Positions 1 to 9,085 are shown, counted from the stretch's first letter. The stretch is DNA of 32,000 bases from Candidatus Saccharimonadota bacterium (GCA_016699145.1 CP064962.1:600001-632000); one strand, 5' to 3'. A program made the numbers and translations. Notes: generated by a model from the letters alone, not told the origin.

Positions 1-393
1 CGTTTCACCCAAAATTTCGCCTCCAAAAAAAGCCCGCGCATAGGCCTCTGCCGTAGACCCGATGTCGTTGCGCTTGCCATCGGCAATGACCAAAAGTCCT
101 GGCGCTTGAGCATAGCGACAGGTCTCTTCAAAAGCCCGAATGCCATGGAATCCCAATTCTTCATAAAAAGCCAGTTGCGGTTTCACGGCCGGCACCAAAT
201 CTTTCACGGCATCGATGATCCCTTTGTTGAAAGCAAGATACGCCTCCGCCGCTGCCTCCACAGTTTGACCATGTTCCTCTACAGCCCGTTTGAGCAAAAA
301 AGCAGGCAACTTGGAAACTTGCGGATCCAGCCCCACACAAAGCGCACTTTCTTTAGCCTTGATGGATCGAACGAGAGCGTCAGCAAAGTGCAT
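1..393 (-). CDS. pyrF: Orotidine 5'-phosphate decarboxylase (type 2), N-terminal 131 codons; the 3' end runs off the window
   Basis: My minus-strand translation from ATG (complement of 391-393) reads MHFADALVRSIKAKESALCVGLDPQ...KPQLAFYEELG...LLVIADGKRNDIGSTAEAYA. It contains the type-2 OMP decarboxylase motifs (GLDP, KPQxAF, D-x-KR-x-DIG-x-TA). It is absent from the ORF track because no stop lies in the window. Confidence 0.8.
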   Translation of the reverse strand, partial: MHFADALVRSIKAKESALCVGLDPQVSKLPAFLLKRAVEEHGQTVEAAAEAYLAFNKGIIDAVKDLVPAVKPQLAFYEELGFHGIRAFEETCRYAQAPGLLVIADGKRNDIGSTAEAYARAFFGGEILGET

Positions 394-430
394 AAGCAGG
401 GTTAGTCCCAGAATTTATAGCACAAAACCC

Positions 431-703
431 TTAAAAACGAATAGTGATTTCCTGGACGGAGGGATCTTCACTAAAAGGAGGCACTGACAAAGCTTGACCA
501 TTCAAGGTCAAACCCTGAACCGGAATAAATCCTTTGTAGAAACCATTTCTAAAAAGCTCCTGCTCAATGTTTTTGAGTAAAGCAGGGTCATCTCCAAAAG
601 GTTTTCCACCAGACAATTGCAATTCAGAAAAATCGCCCTTCAATTCAATGCGTACATAAGCATAATAAGGCTGCATACCAAGCTCAACTTCATGAAAAGC
701 CAA
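431..703 (-). CDS. Hypothetical protein. It may be the C-terminal part of the 640-1107 gene after a frameshift, or a separate gene starting at ATG (MQPYYAYV...)
   Basis: 90-aa ORF that overlaps the upstream ORF by 64 nt in another frame. I recognise no family. Confidence 0.35.
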   Translation of the reverse strand: MAFHEVELGMQPYYAYVRIELKGDFSELQLSGGKPFGDDPALLKNIEQELFRNGFYKGFIPVQGLTLNGQALSVPPFSEDPSVQEITIRF

Positions 704-1107
704 GCATAAGACGCAGATAAGCCCTTCAATTGTTCTCTAGCTTTCACTTCTTGTTCCCATTTTTGAGCAAGCTGCTGATTCGCTTCATCTCCTCGATAAA
801 AATCGACCAAAGCCTGTGCAATCAGAATACCAGCTTTATAAACTTCTTCGTTCTGCAAAACTGAAGCAGAAGTTAAATTTTTATAGATTTCATTCAACGC
901 CACAAAAGCATTCAATGGATTGGCTTCCTCCTTCATTTCATTAAGATCTTTTTGCAACTCAAGCCCGCGTTCATACTGCTCATTGATGTCGGTGGGCAAC
1001 GTCAAACCCGCTTGATCAATCTCAGCAAGCAAAGCCTCATAGGCAAGAAGCCTACGTTCAATATAAACGGAATAATCCTTGCTGTCTTTGCCTTTTTCCA
1101 CAGGCAT
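640..1107 (-). CDS. Hypothetical coiled-coil-like protein with a hydrophobic C-terminal tail
   Basis: 155-aa ORF lying 33 nt downstream of the 1141-2019 gene on the same strand. The last ~20 aa (WLFMKLSLVCSLIMLMYALN) are either a tail anchor or out-of-frame read-through. Confidence 0.45.
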   Translation of the reverse strand: MPVEKGKDSKDYSVYIERRLLAYEALLAEIDQAGLTLPTDINEQYERGLELQKDLNEMKEEANPLNAFVALNEIYKNLTSASVLQNEEVYKAGILIAQALVDFYRGDEANQQLAQKWEQEVKAREQLKGLSASYAWLFMKLSLVCSLIMLMYALN

Positions 1108-1140
1108 TTCATAAGCCGCTTGAGCCCCCTTCAGATGATC

Positions 1141-2019
1141 CTAATAGGGAAGCATCACTCCCGAAGAAGATAGATTTTGATACGCTCGATCTGCACTAGG
1201 CCATGCCTTCATAGAAACTGCTTCTAAAAATTCTTTTTTTCTAGCGTCATAGTATCCTCTCTCTTGTCCAGACAAATCATCCAAAGGACGCAAAGAATTC
1301 ATAGGGACAAAGACAGGTTCGCCCGATTCAATGTCAATATTCTCCGTCACAGAATGAGATGCCGGCTCAAGAGTTTGCTCATGTCCAGACAAGTGCCTTT
1401 CCACTGTCCAACCCGCTCCACAGTGGACTCCCGCATAAGCAGGGTGGAAATAAAGACCTTGATGCAGCTCAGCTTCAACAGAACATGCAAGAATGACAGG
1501 TTTTAACTTGCCACCCTCAAAGGGATGAAATTGGAAATCCACAGATACATGCGGAATAGGATGCAATTCATGGCCTGTTTCAGATGACTCATGTCCAAGT
1601 TCCAATTCCAAAGCCGGCCCCACTCCAAAATCTATACTGCCCTTTCCCCCCACACGCCCACCTTCAAGTTCACCATCAACAGTCAGAGATGCTAGGTCAT
1701 GATTCCAATACCCGGCAGTGGACACCCCTAAAGACAATCCATTAGAAAACACGGCAGTACCTCCCAAATGTGGACCAAAAGAAAGAGGAGACCCTCCACG
1801 CACTCGAGCCGTACCTGGATCTAAAGTATAAGGCCCGCCCAAAACAGCCATCTCTCCCTCTAGAGCCACTTCCCGAGCCTGCTGCGCTGTATCATGAGTC
1901 ACGCCATCCACTGGAGTCACCTCCCCTGCCTCAACAGGTCCAGCAGCAAGAGCCCCTAAAAGTAGAGCAGGAGCCAAACGGGGACTGAAAGACGTTGAGG
2001 TGGGCTTTGAGATGGACAT
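1141..2019 (-). CDS. Secreted Gly/His-rich hypothetical protein
   Basis: 292-aa ORF with an N-terminal signal-like segment (RLAPALLLGALAAGPVEA). I recognise no family. Confidence 0.55.
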   Translation of the reverse strand: MSISKPTSTSFSPRLAPALLLGALAAGPVEAGEVTPVDGVTHDTAQQAREVALEGEMAVLGGPYTLDPGTARVRGGSPLSFGPHLGGTAVFSNGLSLGVSTAGYWNHDLASLTVDGELEGGRVGGKGSIDFGVGPALELELGHESSETGHELHPIPHVSVDFQFHPFEGGKLKPVILACSVEAELHQGLYFHPAYAGVHCGAGWTVERHLSGHEQTLEPASHSVTENIDIESGEPVFVPMNSLRPLDDLSGQERGYYDARKKEFLEAVSMKAWPSADRAYQNLSSSGVMLPY

Positions 2020-2044
2020 TTCTTCAAAAATTTAAGAAGGCAAA

Positions 2045-2073
2045 ATTTTAACTTCTGTCAAATTGGCAGTCAA
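2045..2073 (-). promoter_or_regulatory. Sigma70-like promoter for the 1141-2019 gene
   Basis: The minus strand reads TTGACT (2073-2068), a 17-nt spacer, then TAAAAT (2050-2045). The -10 box ends 25 nt upstream of the ATG at 2019. Confidence 0.4.
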
Positions 2074-2080
2074 GAGTCTT

Positions 2081-2755
2081 TTAAACCCCGTAACGCTGAC
2101 GGTACTCACGAATCTCTTCTAAGCGAGCATCATCAATCACCACTTCCCCATCCACGGGCTGATTGTACAAAATGTCCACCACCTCATCCAGCGTCACAAT
2201 GCTGTAAACCGGAATACCCAAGGTTTTTTCAATCTGTTCCAGTGCATTTTCCCCTTCGTTGGTTTTTTCCATGCGATTGAGGGCGATCAAAATTCCGATG
2301 AGCTGAGGATTCCCATATTTTTTCAAAAGTTCCACACTTTCACGCACCGCCGTGCCCGCCGTGATCACGTCATCCACCAAAAGCAGCTTGGTCTCAGAGG
2401 TCAAAGGCGCACCGACCATCACGGTTTTGGCATCGGCACCATGGTCCTTTTCTTCCTTACGGTTGAAGGAGTAATTCACATTTTTTTTGAAATCCGAAAA
2501 CAGCACATTCGTCGTGGCCACAGCCAGAGGAATACCCTTGTACGCAGGACCAAAAATCGTATCGGGTTCAAGGCCGCTGGCGAGGAGTGTCTGCGCATAG
2601 TAACGGCCCAATTCATGCAAAAATTCGCCAGTGTAAAAACATCCCGCATTCAAAAAGTAAGGCGCGGTTCGTCCACTTTTCAGAACAAAACTGCCAAATT
2701 TGAGGGCCTTGGCACGGACCAGGAAGTGGACAAAGTCGATTTTATACTGCTGCAT
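2081..2755 (-). CDS. pyrE: Orotate phosphoribosyltransferase
   Basis: 224 aa. It has the PRPP-binding loop LLLVDDVITAGTA and the N-terminal segment FGSFVLKSGRTAPYFLN. It starts 2 nt after the pyrK stop. Confidence 0.92.
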   Translation of the reverse strand: MQQYKIDFVHFLVRAKALKFGSFVLKSGRTAPYFLNAGCFYTGEFLHELGRYYAQTLLASGLEPDTIFGPAYKGIPLAVATTNVLFSDFKKNVNYSFNRKEEKDHGADAKTVMVGAPLTSETKLLLVDDVITAGTAVRESVELLKKYGNPQLIGILIALNRMEKTNEGENALEQIEKTLGIPVYSIVTLDEVVDILYNQPVDGEVVIDDARLEEIREYRQRYGV

Positions 2756-2757
2756 AT

Positions 2758-3585
2758 TTAAAAGTTAAAATACTGCTTCTTCCCCAAATGATCGCGATGA
2801 TATTTCCCGAAATCCTTAAGCTGTAGCACTTTTTCGAGCGGCATCACGGGGCCCGAAACACAACTCGGGACACCGAGTCCATCCACACAACAGTTGCCAC
2901 AAACGCCAAAACCACACTTCATATAACGTTCCACAGAAATTTGCGCAGCTATGTTTTTACGCTCAGCCAGTTGAGCCGCCTTCAGCATCATGATTTCAGG
3001 CCCACAAGTGTAAATGCAATCCACCGGCTTCCCTTCTGCCTCCGCGTCTTCCACCACTTTTTCCATGAGCACCGTGTTGAAACCTTCAAAGCCGGCGCTT
3101 CCGTCGTTGGTGGCCACGTGAACGTGCACATTTTTAAGCTGCTCGGCACGCTCGGTGTAAAGCAGCAAATCCTTGCGACGAGCCCCGACCACAAATTCCA
3201 CTTGGCAGCCCATAGCCGAGGCCTTATGCGCAAAATAATACAAAGGTGCCGCACCATAGCCTCCAGCTAAAAACAAAAGCCGCTGTCCTTTTTCGCAGGC
3301 GAATTCAGTTCCAAAAGGCCCACGCACTCCCACCTGATCACCTTCTTTCAAAGCATGCAAGGCATTCGAAAAAGGCCCCACTGCCGCAATCGCCAGATGC
3401 AATTCCACTCCGTTGTCCATCGCCACAGAGAAGGGTTTTTCATCGAGACGGGGCAGCCACACCATCACAAATTGACCGGGCTTTGCACCCAGACTGAGGT
3501 CCAGCACAAAAGTTTTAACCTGTTCATTTTCTTGAACAATCTTTTTGATTTTGACGACTTGTGGCAGTGTATTGAGAATGAGCAT
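2758..3585 (-). CDS. pyrK: Dihydroorotate dehydrogenase B electron-transfer subunit (FAD/2Fe-2S)
   Basis: It has the C-terminal cluster motif CGFGVCGNCCV...PSC and a ferredoxin-reductase-like GGYGAAPL segment. I place the start at ATG 3585 (MLILNTLPQVVKIK...), 2 nt past the pyrD stop. The 315-aa track ORF would overlap pyrD by 118 nt. Confidence 0.88.
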   Translation of the reverse strand: MLILNTLPQVVKIKKIVQENEQVKTFVLDLSLGAKPGQFVMVWLPRLDEKPFSVAMDNGVELHLAIAAVGPFSNALHALKEGDQVGVRGPFGTEFACEKGQRLLFLAGGYGAAPLYYFAHKASAMGCQVEFVVGARRKDLLLYTERAEQLKNVHVHVATNDGSAGFEGFNTVLMEKVVEDAEAEGKPVDCIYTCGPEIMMLKAAQLAERKNIAAQISVERYMKCGFGVCGNCCVDGLGVPSCVSGPVMPLEKVLQLKDFGKYHRDHLGKKQYFNF

Positions 3586-3587
3586 GG

Positions 3588-4529
3588 CTAGTTTTTGGGA
3601 TGAGCTTTTCCAATCAAATCTGAAAGTTTTTTGACTCCATTCGCATCGCACCACTCGTTCATTTCGTTCACAATAAGTCCGAATACTTCTTGCCCACGCG
3701 CCCACACGGCGGTGCCCACGCCCACCAAAGTGGCTCCCGCCATCATCATTTCAATGGCATCTCGGCCGGTCAAAACGCCTCCAGTTCCAATGATCGGGCA
3801 TTTTTTAGCCCTATAAATGTCATACACATACTTCACCGCGAGCGGCTTAATAGCAGGTCCCGACAGCCCTCCCACTCGATTCGCTAAAATGGGCTGAGCC
3901 GTTTCAATATTGATCGCCATGCCCGGCCCCACGGTGTTGATCGCCGTGATTCCATCCGCTCCTGCTTCCAAAACACTGGAGGCAATGCTCACAATATTTT
4001 CCACATTCGGCGAAAGTTTCACCACCACGGGCAAGTGCGGCGCACCCGCTTCTGCCAAAGCTTCTTTCACAAGCCGCGTCACTTCCGAAGACTTGGCAAT
4101 GGAGCACGCCATCGGTTTACCCAGTTCATCCTCCACATTCGGACAAGAAATATTGATTTCCACCAGATCAGGCTTCATCAAAGCCACTTCTTTAGCAATC
4201 GCCACATAATCTTCCATCTGGCCCCCCACAATGTTTGCAATAAAAGGCGCATCACACACTTCACGGTAACGAGCCAGTTCTTCCCGCGCTTTTTCAGGTC
4301 CAGCATCAGGAATTCCCACGGCGTTGAGCATCCAATGTTCACTCGTGATGATAGTGGGATTCGGATGTCCCTTGTGTTCATAAGGCCACAGCGACTTACT
4401 GGTCACACCTCCGGCTCCATTTCGCACCACTTGGGCCATGCTGTCAGCAGTCACGCCAAGCACCCCCGAAGCCAGAACAATAGGGTTCTGGAAGTGTACT
4501 CCACAAAATTCGACGGAGAGGTCTGCCAT
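3588..4529 (-). CDS. pyrD: Dihydroorotate dehydrogenase, class 1B catalytic subunit
   Basis: 313 aa. Motifs seen: LASGVLG, VEINISCPNV, IIGTGGVLTGRDA. It is adjacent to pyrK. Confidence 0.92.
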   Translation of the reverse strand: MADLSVEFCGVHFQNPIVLASGVLGVTADSMAQVVRNGAGGVTSKSLWPYEHKGHPNPTIITSEHWMLNAVGIPDAGPEKAREELARYREVCDAPFIANIVGGQMEDYVAIAKEVALMKPDLVEINISCPNVEDELGKPMACSIAKSSEVTRLVKEALAEAGAPHLPVVVKLSPNVENIVSIASSVLEAGADGITAINTVGPGMAINIETAQPILANRVGGLSGPAIKPLAVKYVYDIYRAKKCPIIGTGGVLTGRDAIEMMMAGATLVGVGTAVWARGQEVFGLIVNEMNEWCDANGVKKLSDLIGKAHPKN

Positions 4530-4647
4530 AGCTAAGAACAGCTAAGCATTTTGGCTAGCAAAAGGCAAGAACTAGGCCGGCAACGAAAACAAGCTTTTCG
4601 GCATGCTGCCCATGCTTTAAGCTAAGACTGGCCCCTTTATTTCAATC

Positions 4648-5808
4648 ATGAAAAAACTCATCAGCCTCATGCTCGTCAGTTCCCTATGGGCAAGCGCTTG
4701 TTCTAAAATCAGCTATAGCCCCACCCTGACTCGAGCCCACTTAGAAGAATCCCTGGCCCTGGGCACCGAATTTTTGCTCGCCAATCAAAAGAGCGCCGGC
4801 AACTTCAATTACAGTTACAACTTCGAAACTCAAACCTTCAGCGAAGATGACAATCAGGTTCGCCAAGCGGGTGCCCTGTGGGGGCTCAGTCTGCTTTATG
4901 CCCACCAGCCCAGTCCTGAACTTGAAACAGCCATCATCAAAGGCCTCGACTTTTACGGCAAGGACGCCTTCCCCGAATATCCCGGTGATGAAGAAGGAAA
5001 AGCCGGCAGCCTCGCCCTGCTCTGCCTCAGCCTCTTGGACTTTTTAAGCGTCGAAGAAGCGCCCAAGCGCCAAATTTACGAAGCTCAACTGGAAACTTGG
5101 CTTGCAAGCCTAGTCCAACTCCAAAATAAAGACCAAACCTTTTATGGAAAATACGAATACGATACAGGAGAAGGCAAATCCAAAAATTCCCCGTATTCAG
5201 ATGGCGAAGCCCTGTTGGCCCTCAGCAAAGCCGCCAACTACTTTGAAAGTGAAGAATACTTCAACCTGGCCAACGAAGCCTTGGACGCCATGTGGCAGGA
5301 CCACGTCGAAGAAGCACTAGAAGAAAACCCAGACAGCGACGACACCAAAGGCTTTTACCAATGGGTCACCATGGCCCTCTATGAAATGGACCATTTTCAA
5401 GCAACTAGAAACACCTTGCCCTCTAAAGAATACATGGAAAAAGCCGTCGAATTGGCATACTGGATGATCGATGTCCACAAAACACTCGACCGCACCCGAA
5501 ACACCGCCTATGCCTACGAAGGCCTCATCACGGCTTATGAGCTGGCAAAGCGCTACAACACAGATGGCGATTACGATCGTGAGCTCCAAAAACTCTTCGA
5601 AACAATCGACATTGGAATGAGCAAACTCACCAGTTGGCAAGTCGGTCACTCCACTCAAATTCTCTACATCCAAGAAAACGCCAAAAATGACCCTCTCGCC
5701 CGAGGCGGCATCACCAATTCCGCGACAGAAGCAGATCTGCGCATCGATGTGACTCAACACCAAATGCACGCTGTGATCTTGGCCTTAAAGTGGGTCTACA
5801 CCAAGTGA
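4648..5808 (+). CDS. Putative lipoprotein, function unknown (possibly an alpha/alpha-toroid-like fold)
   Basis: 386 aa with a signal peptide and lipobox (MKKLISLMLVSSLWASAC). It sits on the opposite strand inside the pyr cluster. Its stop is 1 nt from the convergent pyrC stop. Confidence 0.7.
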   Translation: MKKLISLMLVSSLWASACSKISYSPTLTRAHLEESLALGTEFLLANQKSAGNFNYSYNFETQTFSEDDNQVRQAGALWGLSLLYAHQPSPELETAIIKGLDFYGKDAFPEYPGDEEGKAGSLALLCLSLLDFLSVEEAPKRQIYEAQLETWLASLVQLQNKDQTFYGKYEYDTGEGKSKNSPYSDGEALLALSKAANYFESEEYFNLANEALDAMWQDHVEEALEENPDSDDTKGFYQWVTMALYEMDHFQATRNTLPSKEYMEKAVELAYWMIDVHKTLDRTRNTAYAYEGLITAYELAKRYNTDGDYDRELQKLFETIDIGMSKLTSWQVGHSTQILYIQENAKNDPLARGGITNSATEADLRIDVTQHQMHAVILALKWVYTK

Positions 5809-5809
5809 A

Positions 5810-7090
5810 TCACAGCCGCGTCCCTTTAAAAGCTCCGCGCAATTTTCCATTTTCCACCACCACTTGTCCATGGACCATCGTGAGCACGGGCCAGCCTTTC
5901 AAGTCGAAAAATTCATAAGGAGTCCAGGCGCACTTGGAATGGATATTTTTGGCCTCAATCGTCTGCTTTAAATGCATGTCCACTAAGACAAGATCCGCGT
6001 CCATTCCAACCGCCAAAGAGCCCTTATTTTTGAGGTCAAAAATCTGAGCCGGACCTTCACACATCAGAGCCACCACCCGTTCCAAACTCAAGCGCCCTTC
6101 ATTCACGGCATTGAGCAATAAGGGCAAAGCAAATTCCACGCCCGGAACGCCCGCAGGAGCCGCCCAAAGTTCTTGCTCCTTTTCTTCTCGGGTATGAGGT
6201 GCATGATCGGTAGCAATGCAGGTCACTGTGCCATCCAAAAGAGCTCGCCATAGCGCTTCCACATCCATAAAAGTACGTAGCGGAGGGTTCATTTTTAAAA
6301 ACGCGTCTTCCATGTCTTCCATGGTGAAAAACAAATGATGCGGAGCCACTTCGCAGCTCAATTTGGGGTGTTTGTAAACGCGCAAAAGTTCCAGTTCAGC
6401 CTTGCTGCTGAGGTGAGCAATGTGCAAGCGATTTCCAATTTTTTTACGAAGTTCCAAGGCCAATTCCACCGCCTCGCGAGCACATTCCGAAGACCGCACA
6501 CGACAATAATCTGAGGGCTCTTCGCCCTTTCTTCCCATGTTTCTTTGAATGCAAGCCTCGTGCTCTGCATGCACCACCACCGGAATGTCTTTTGCCTTGG
6601 CGATTTTAAAAACCTCTTCCCAATATTCAGGTTCTTCCAAAAGCAAATCCCCCGTAGAACTGGCCATGTACAGTTTAATCGCAACCATCCCCTTCATGGC
6701 TTTGAGCGCCGCAAGGTCCTTACTGGCCCCGGCATAAAAACCATAATTCACATGGCTACGCCCTTGAATGCCCTTCGCCTTTTCATCCAAAGCTTTTTGG
6801 GTGAGCGTAGCAGGGGAAGTATTGGGCATGTCCAAAACGGTAGTCACTCCACCGAATGCTGCGGCTAAACTGCCACTCTCAAAATCTTCCTTATGAGTGC
6901 CTCCGGGGTCTCGAAAATGCACATGCGGATCAATCACTCCTGGGAGTAAAAATTTTCCTTCACAGTCCAAAATACGATCCGCCTCTTTTTCAGAAAAAGC
7001 GTCCACAATTTTCCCATCCGCCACAAACAAATCCCTGACTTTGATGTTTCGCGACGTGACCACCGATGCCGATTTAAAAATGAGTTTCAT
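5810..7090 (-). CDS. pyrC: Dihydroorotase
   Basis: 426 aa. Metal-binding motif DPHVHFRDPG and the segment ATDHAPH are present. It overlaps the pyrB stop by 4 nt. Confidence 0.92.
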   Translation of the reverse strand: MKLIFKSASVVTSRNIKVRDLFVADGKIVDAFSEKEADRILDCEGKFLLPGVIDPHVHFRDPGGTHKEDFESGSLAAAFGGVTTVLDMPNTSPATLTQKALDEKAKGIQGRSHVNYGFYAGASKDLAALKAMKGMVAIKLYMASSTGDLLLEEPEYWEEVFKIAKAKDIPVVVHAEHEACIQRNMGRKGEEPSDYCRVRSSECAREAVELALELRKKIGNRLHIAHLSSKAELELLRVYKHPKLSCEVAPHHLFFTMEDMEDAFLKMNPPLRTFMDVEALWRALLDGTVTCIATDHAPHTREEKEQELWAAPAGVPGVEFALPLLLNAVNEGRLSLERVVALMCEGPAQIFDLKNKGSLAVGMDADLVLVDMHLKQTIEAKNIHSKCAWTPYEFFDLKGWPVLTMVHGQVVVENGKLRGAFKGTRL

Positions 7091-8004
7091 AACCCTAGGA
7101 AATGAGCCAAAAGAGCCATGCGAACAGCCACGCCATTTTCAACTTGCTCAAAATATTTGGCGCGCGGATCACTGTCCACGGCAGGATCAATATGATTCAC
7201 TCGCGGCAAAGGATCGATCACAATCATGTCTTTTTTAGCCTTGGCCATGAGCGCGGGCGTCAAAACATAAATCCCATTGTACTTTTGGTACTCCGCCTCA
7301 CTTTCAAAGCGTTCCTGTTGAATGCGCGTATCCGAAAGCACATCGCAAATCGCAATAGCAGCCTCCAAATCTTCTGTTTCAGTGACTTCAAACCCTTTAG
7401 TCTTCAATTTTTCCACAAGTTCCGCCGGCATTTTCAAAGCTTCTGGCGAAACCAGGATGAATTTCACTCCTTCAAAATGCAGCAAATACTCACATTGTGA
7501 GTGCACCACTCGGCTGTTTTTTAAATCTCCAACCATGGCAATGGTGAATGTGTCTAGACGGCCCAAGGCTTTTTGAATGGTGAAAATGTCCAAAAGCCCC
7601 TGTGTGGGATGATCCCCCGCCCCATCACCTCCATTGATCACAGGCACCGAACTGCCCTTGGCCAGTTCCGCGACACTGCCCTTCGTGGGGTGCCGCATCG
7701 CAATGACGTCTGCAAAAGTGGAGATCATTTTGCCGGTGTCGTATAAACTCTCGCCTTTTTTAGCCGAGGAAGTGCTGGTCATATCCGCATTCGAAATCAC
7801 GTGACCGCCCAAACGCAGCATGGCCGTTTCAAAAGAAAAACGGGTGCGCGTAGAAGCTTCATAAAACAGCGTGGCCAAAATTTTTCCTTCCGCCAAAGGG
7901 AGGCGTTTGCGCTCTCGAACGATTGGCAAAAATTCCGCCGCTCGCGAAAGCAAAGCAAGAATCTGTTCACGGCTGAGATCCTGAGAAGAAAGAAGGTGTT
8001 GCAC
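7087..8004 (-). CDS. pyrB: Aspartate carbamoyltransferase catalytic subunit
   Basis: 305 aa. Motifs seen: STRTRFSFE, HPTQ, DPLPRV. It has a GTG start. Confidence 0.93.
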   Translation of the reverse strand: MQHLLSSQDLSREQILALLSRAAEFLPIVRERKRLPLAEGKILATLFYEASTRTRFSFETAMLRLGGHVISNADMTSTSSAKKGESLYDTGKMISTFADVIAMRHPTKGSVAELAKGSSVPVINGGDGAGDHPTQGLLDIFTIQKALGRLDTFTIAMVGDLKNSRVVHSQCEYLLHFEGVKFILVSPEALKMPAELVEKLKTKGFEVTETEDLEAAIAICDVLSDTRIQQERFESEAEYQKYNGIYVLTPALMAKAKKDMIVIDPLPRVNHIDPAVDSDPRAKYFEQVENGVAVRMALLAHFLGL

Positions 8005-8085
8005 GAGGCCTATTCTAGAGGCTGTCTAAAAAAAAGGGAAGAGCTCTCAGTACGTGCAAGTACCCGCCGGAAATTTCTCGGATTT

Positions 8086-8898
8086 TTAAAGTGGACTTCG
8101 AATCCTGTTTAAACTGGTCTGACTCACCTGGGTGTACCGTTGCGTAGTGCGAATGTTGCTGTGCCCAAGCAAAGTTTGTACATAACGCACATCCACCCCA
8201 TTCTCCAGACAGTGTGTGGCAAAACTGTGCCGCAGTGAATGAAAACTTGCCATCTTTTGAATTCCCGTTCTCCGCAACGCCTGTTTAAACACTTTTTGTG
8301 CCGTACGCACCGTGAGTTTTCCGCCTCTTTCACTTTCAAAAAGAATTCCAAACCCAGCCATCCCATTCACCGAAACTCTTAACTCACTCAACAACTTTTC
8401 CGGTAAAAGTGTGATCCGATCTTTTCCACCTTTCCCCTCCCGAACCATAATCAAGTTTCGACTCAAATCAATATCCTCAGCTCTCAAATTCACCACCTCA
8501 CTCACTCGCAAACCTGCTCCATATGCCAATGCCAATAAGAGTCGATGCTTTTTATTCAAGATTCCATCCAAAATCCTCTGAATCTCCTCACGTGAAAGCA
8601 CCACCGGCAACCGGAAGTTTCTTCGTGCGAACCGTAGTTCAATCTTTCCATGGTAACCCACCACCACCTTATAGAAAAACTTCACTGCATTCAAATAAAG
8701 ATTCACTGTTTCAGGTGCCGCCCCATTGTCCAATTTCCCAAGAAGAAAATCCTTCAAATGCTCCTCTTCAAAATCAAGGTTCCCCTTCCCTCTAAGATAT
8801 AGCTCCACACAGCGCACATAATTCTGGTTCGTTTTAGGGCTATAATGCCTGAGCCGTAACTCACGCCTCATTTTTTCCAGGCCAGTTTGCATGTCCAC
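8086..8898 (-). CDS. intI: Integron-integrase-like tyrosine recombinase (short, XerC/D-sized)
   Basis: 270 aa. The N-terminal SAM-like domain reads LRLRHYSPKTNQNYVRCVELYL. Catalytic elements seen: GLRVSEV, GKGGKDR, HSLRHSFATH, LLGHSNIRTTQRYTQV. IntI-like features include LPVVLSREEIQRIL and a C-terminal IRSPL. It is divergent from the cassette array. Confidence 0.85.
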   Translation of the reverse strand: MDMQTGLEKMRRELRLRHYSPKTNQNYVRCVELYLRGKGNLDFEEEHLKDFLLGKLDNGAAPETVNLYLNAVKFFYKVVVGYHGKIELRFARRNFRLPVVLSREEIQRILDGILNKKHRLLLALAYGAGLRVSEVVNLRAEDIDLSRNLIMVREGKGGKDRITLLPEKLLSELRVSVNGMAGFGILFESERGGKLTVRTAQKVFKQALRRTGIQKMASFHSLRHSFATHCLENGVDVRYVQTLLGHSNIRTTQRYTQVSQTSLNRIRSPL

Positions 8899-9039
8899 AT
8901 TAAGAGGTTTTTAAATTAAGTCTCTTAATAGTAACAAGTTTTTTCTGACAAATCCCTGAATTCTTTTCGGAGTTTTGCACAATGCCTTCAGCACAACTCG
9001 TTTCTATTCCAGCTTCCACAAAATTCGCATATACTCCAA

Positions 9040-9085
9040 TTACTGACTTCTATACGAAAATACTTCGTTTAGAAACGAGTTGTAC
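9040..9085 (+). other. Putative attI region with GTTGTAC core (9079-9085)
   Basis: GTTGTAC is preceded by the small palindrome CGTTT-AG-AAACG. The direct repeat TACGAAAA(T)A occurs at ~9053 and ~9083. The same GTTGTACGAAA(A)ATAAA string recurs at the start of another cassette (17164). Confidence 0.5.

Noticed and set aside
106-487. Plus-strand ORFs 106-405 and 290-487
   Set aside because: They are antisense to a clear pyrF reading frame, and their sequences are low-complexity and not protein-like.
4530-4647. Three copies of AGCTAAG in the pyrD / lipoprotein intergenic region as a regulator binding site
   Set aside because: A 7-mer repeated three times in 118 bp is suggestive, but there is no palindromic or spaced architecture and no known motif match. 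The evidence is too weak to call.
2441-8112. Numerous 60-170-aa ORFs antisense to or nested within pyrE, pyrK, pyrD, pyrC and pyrB (for example 2441-2761, 4035-4535, 5317-5769, 7102-7500)
   Set aside because: They are shadow ORFs inside well-supported housekeeping genes, and I recognise no independent motif in them.
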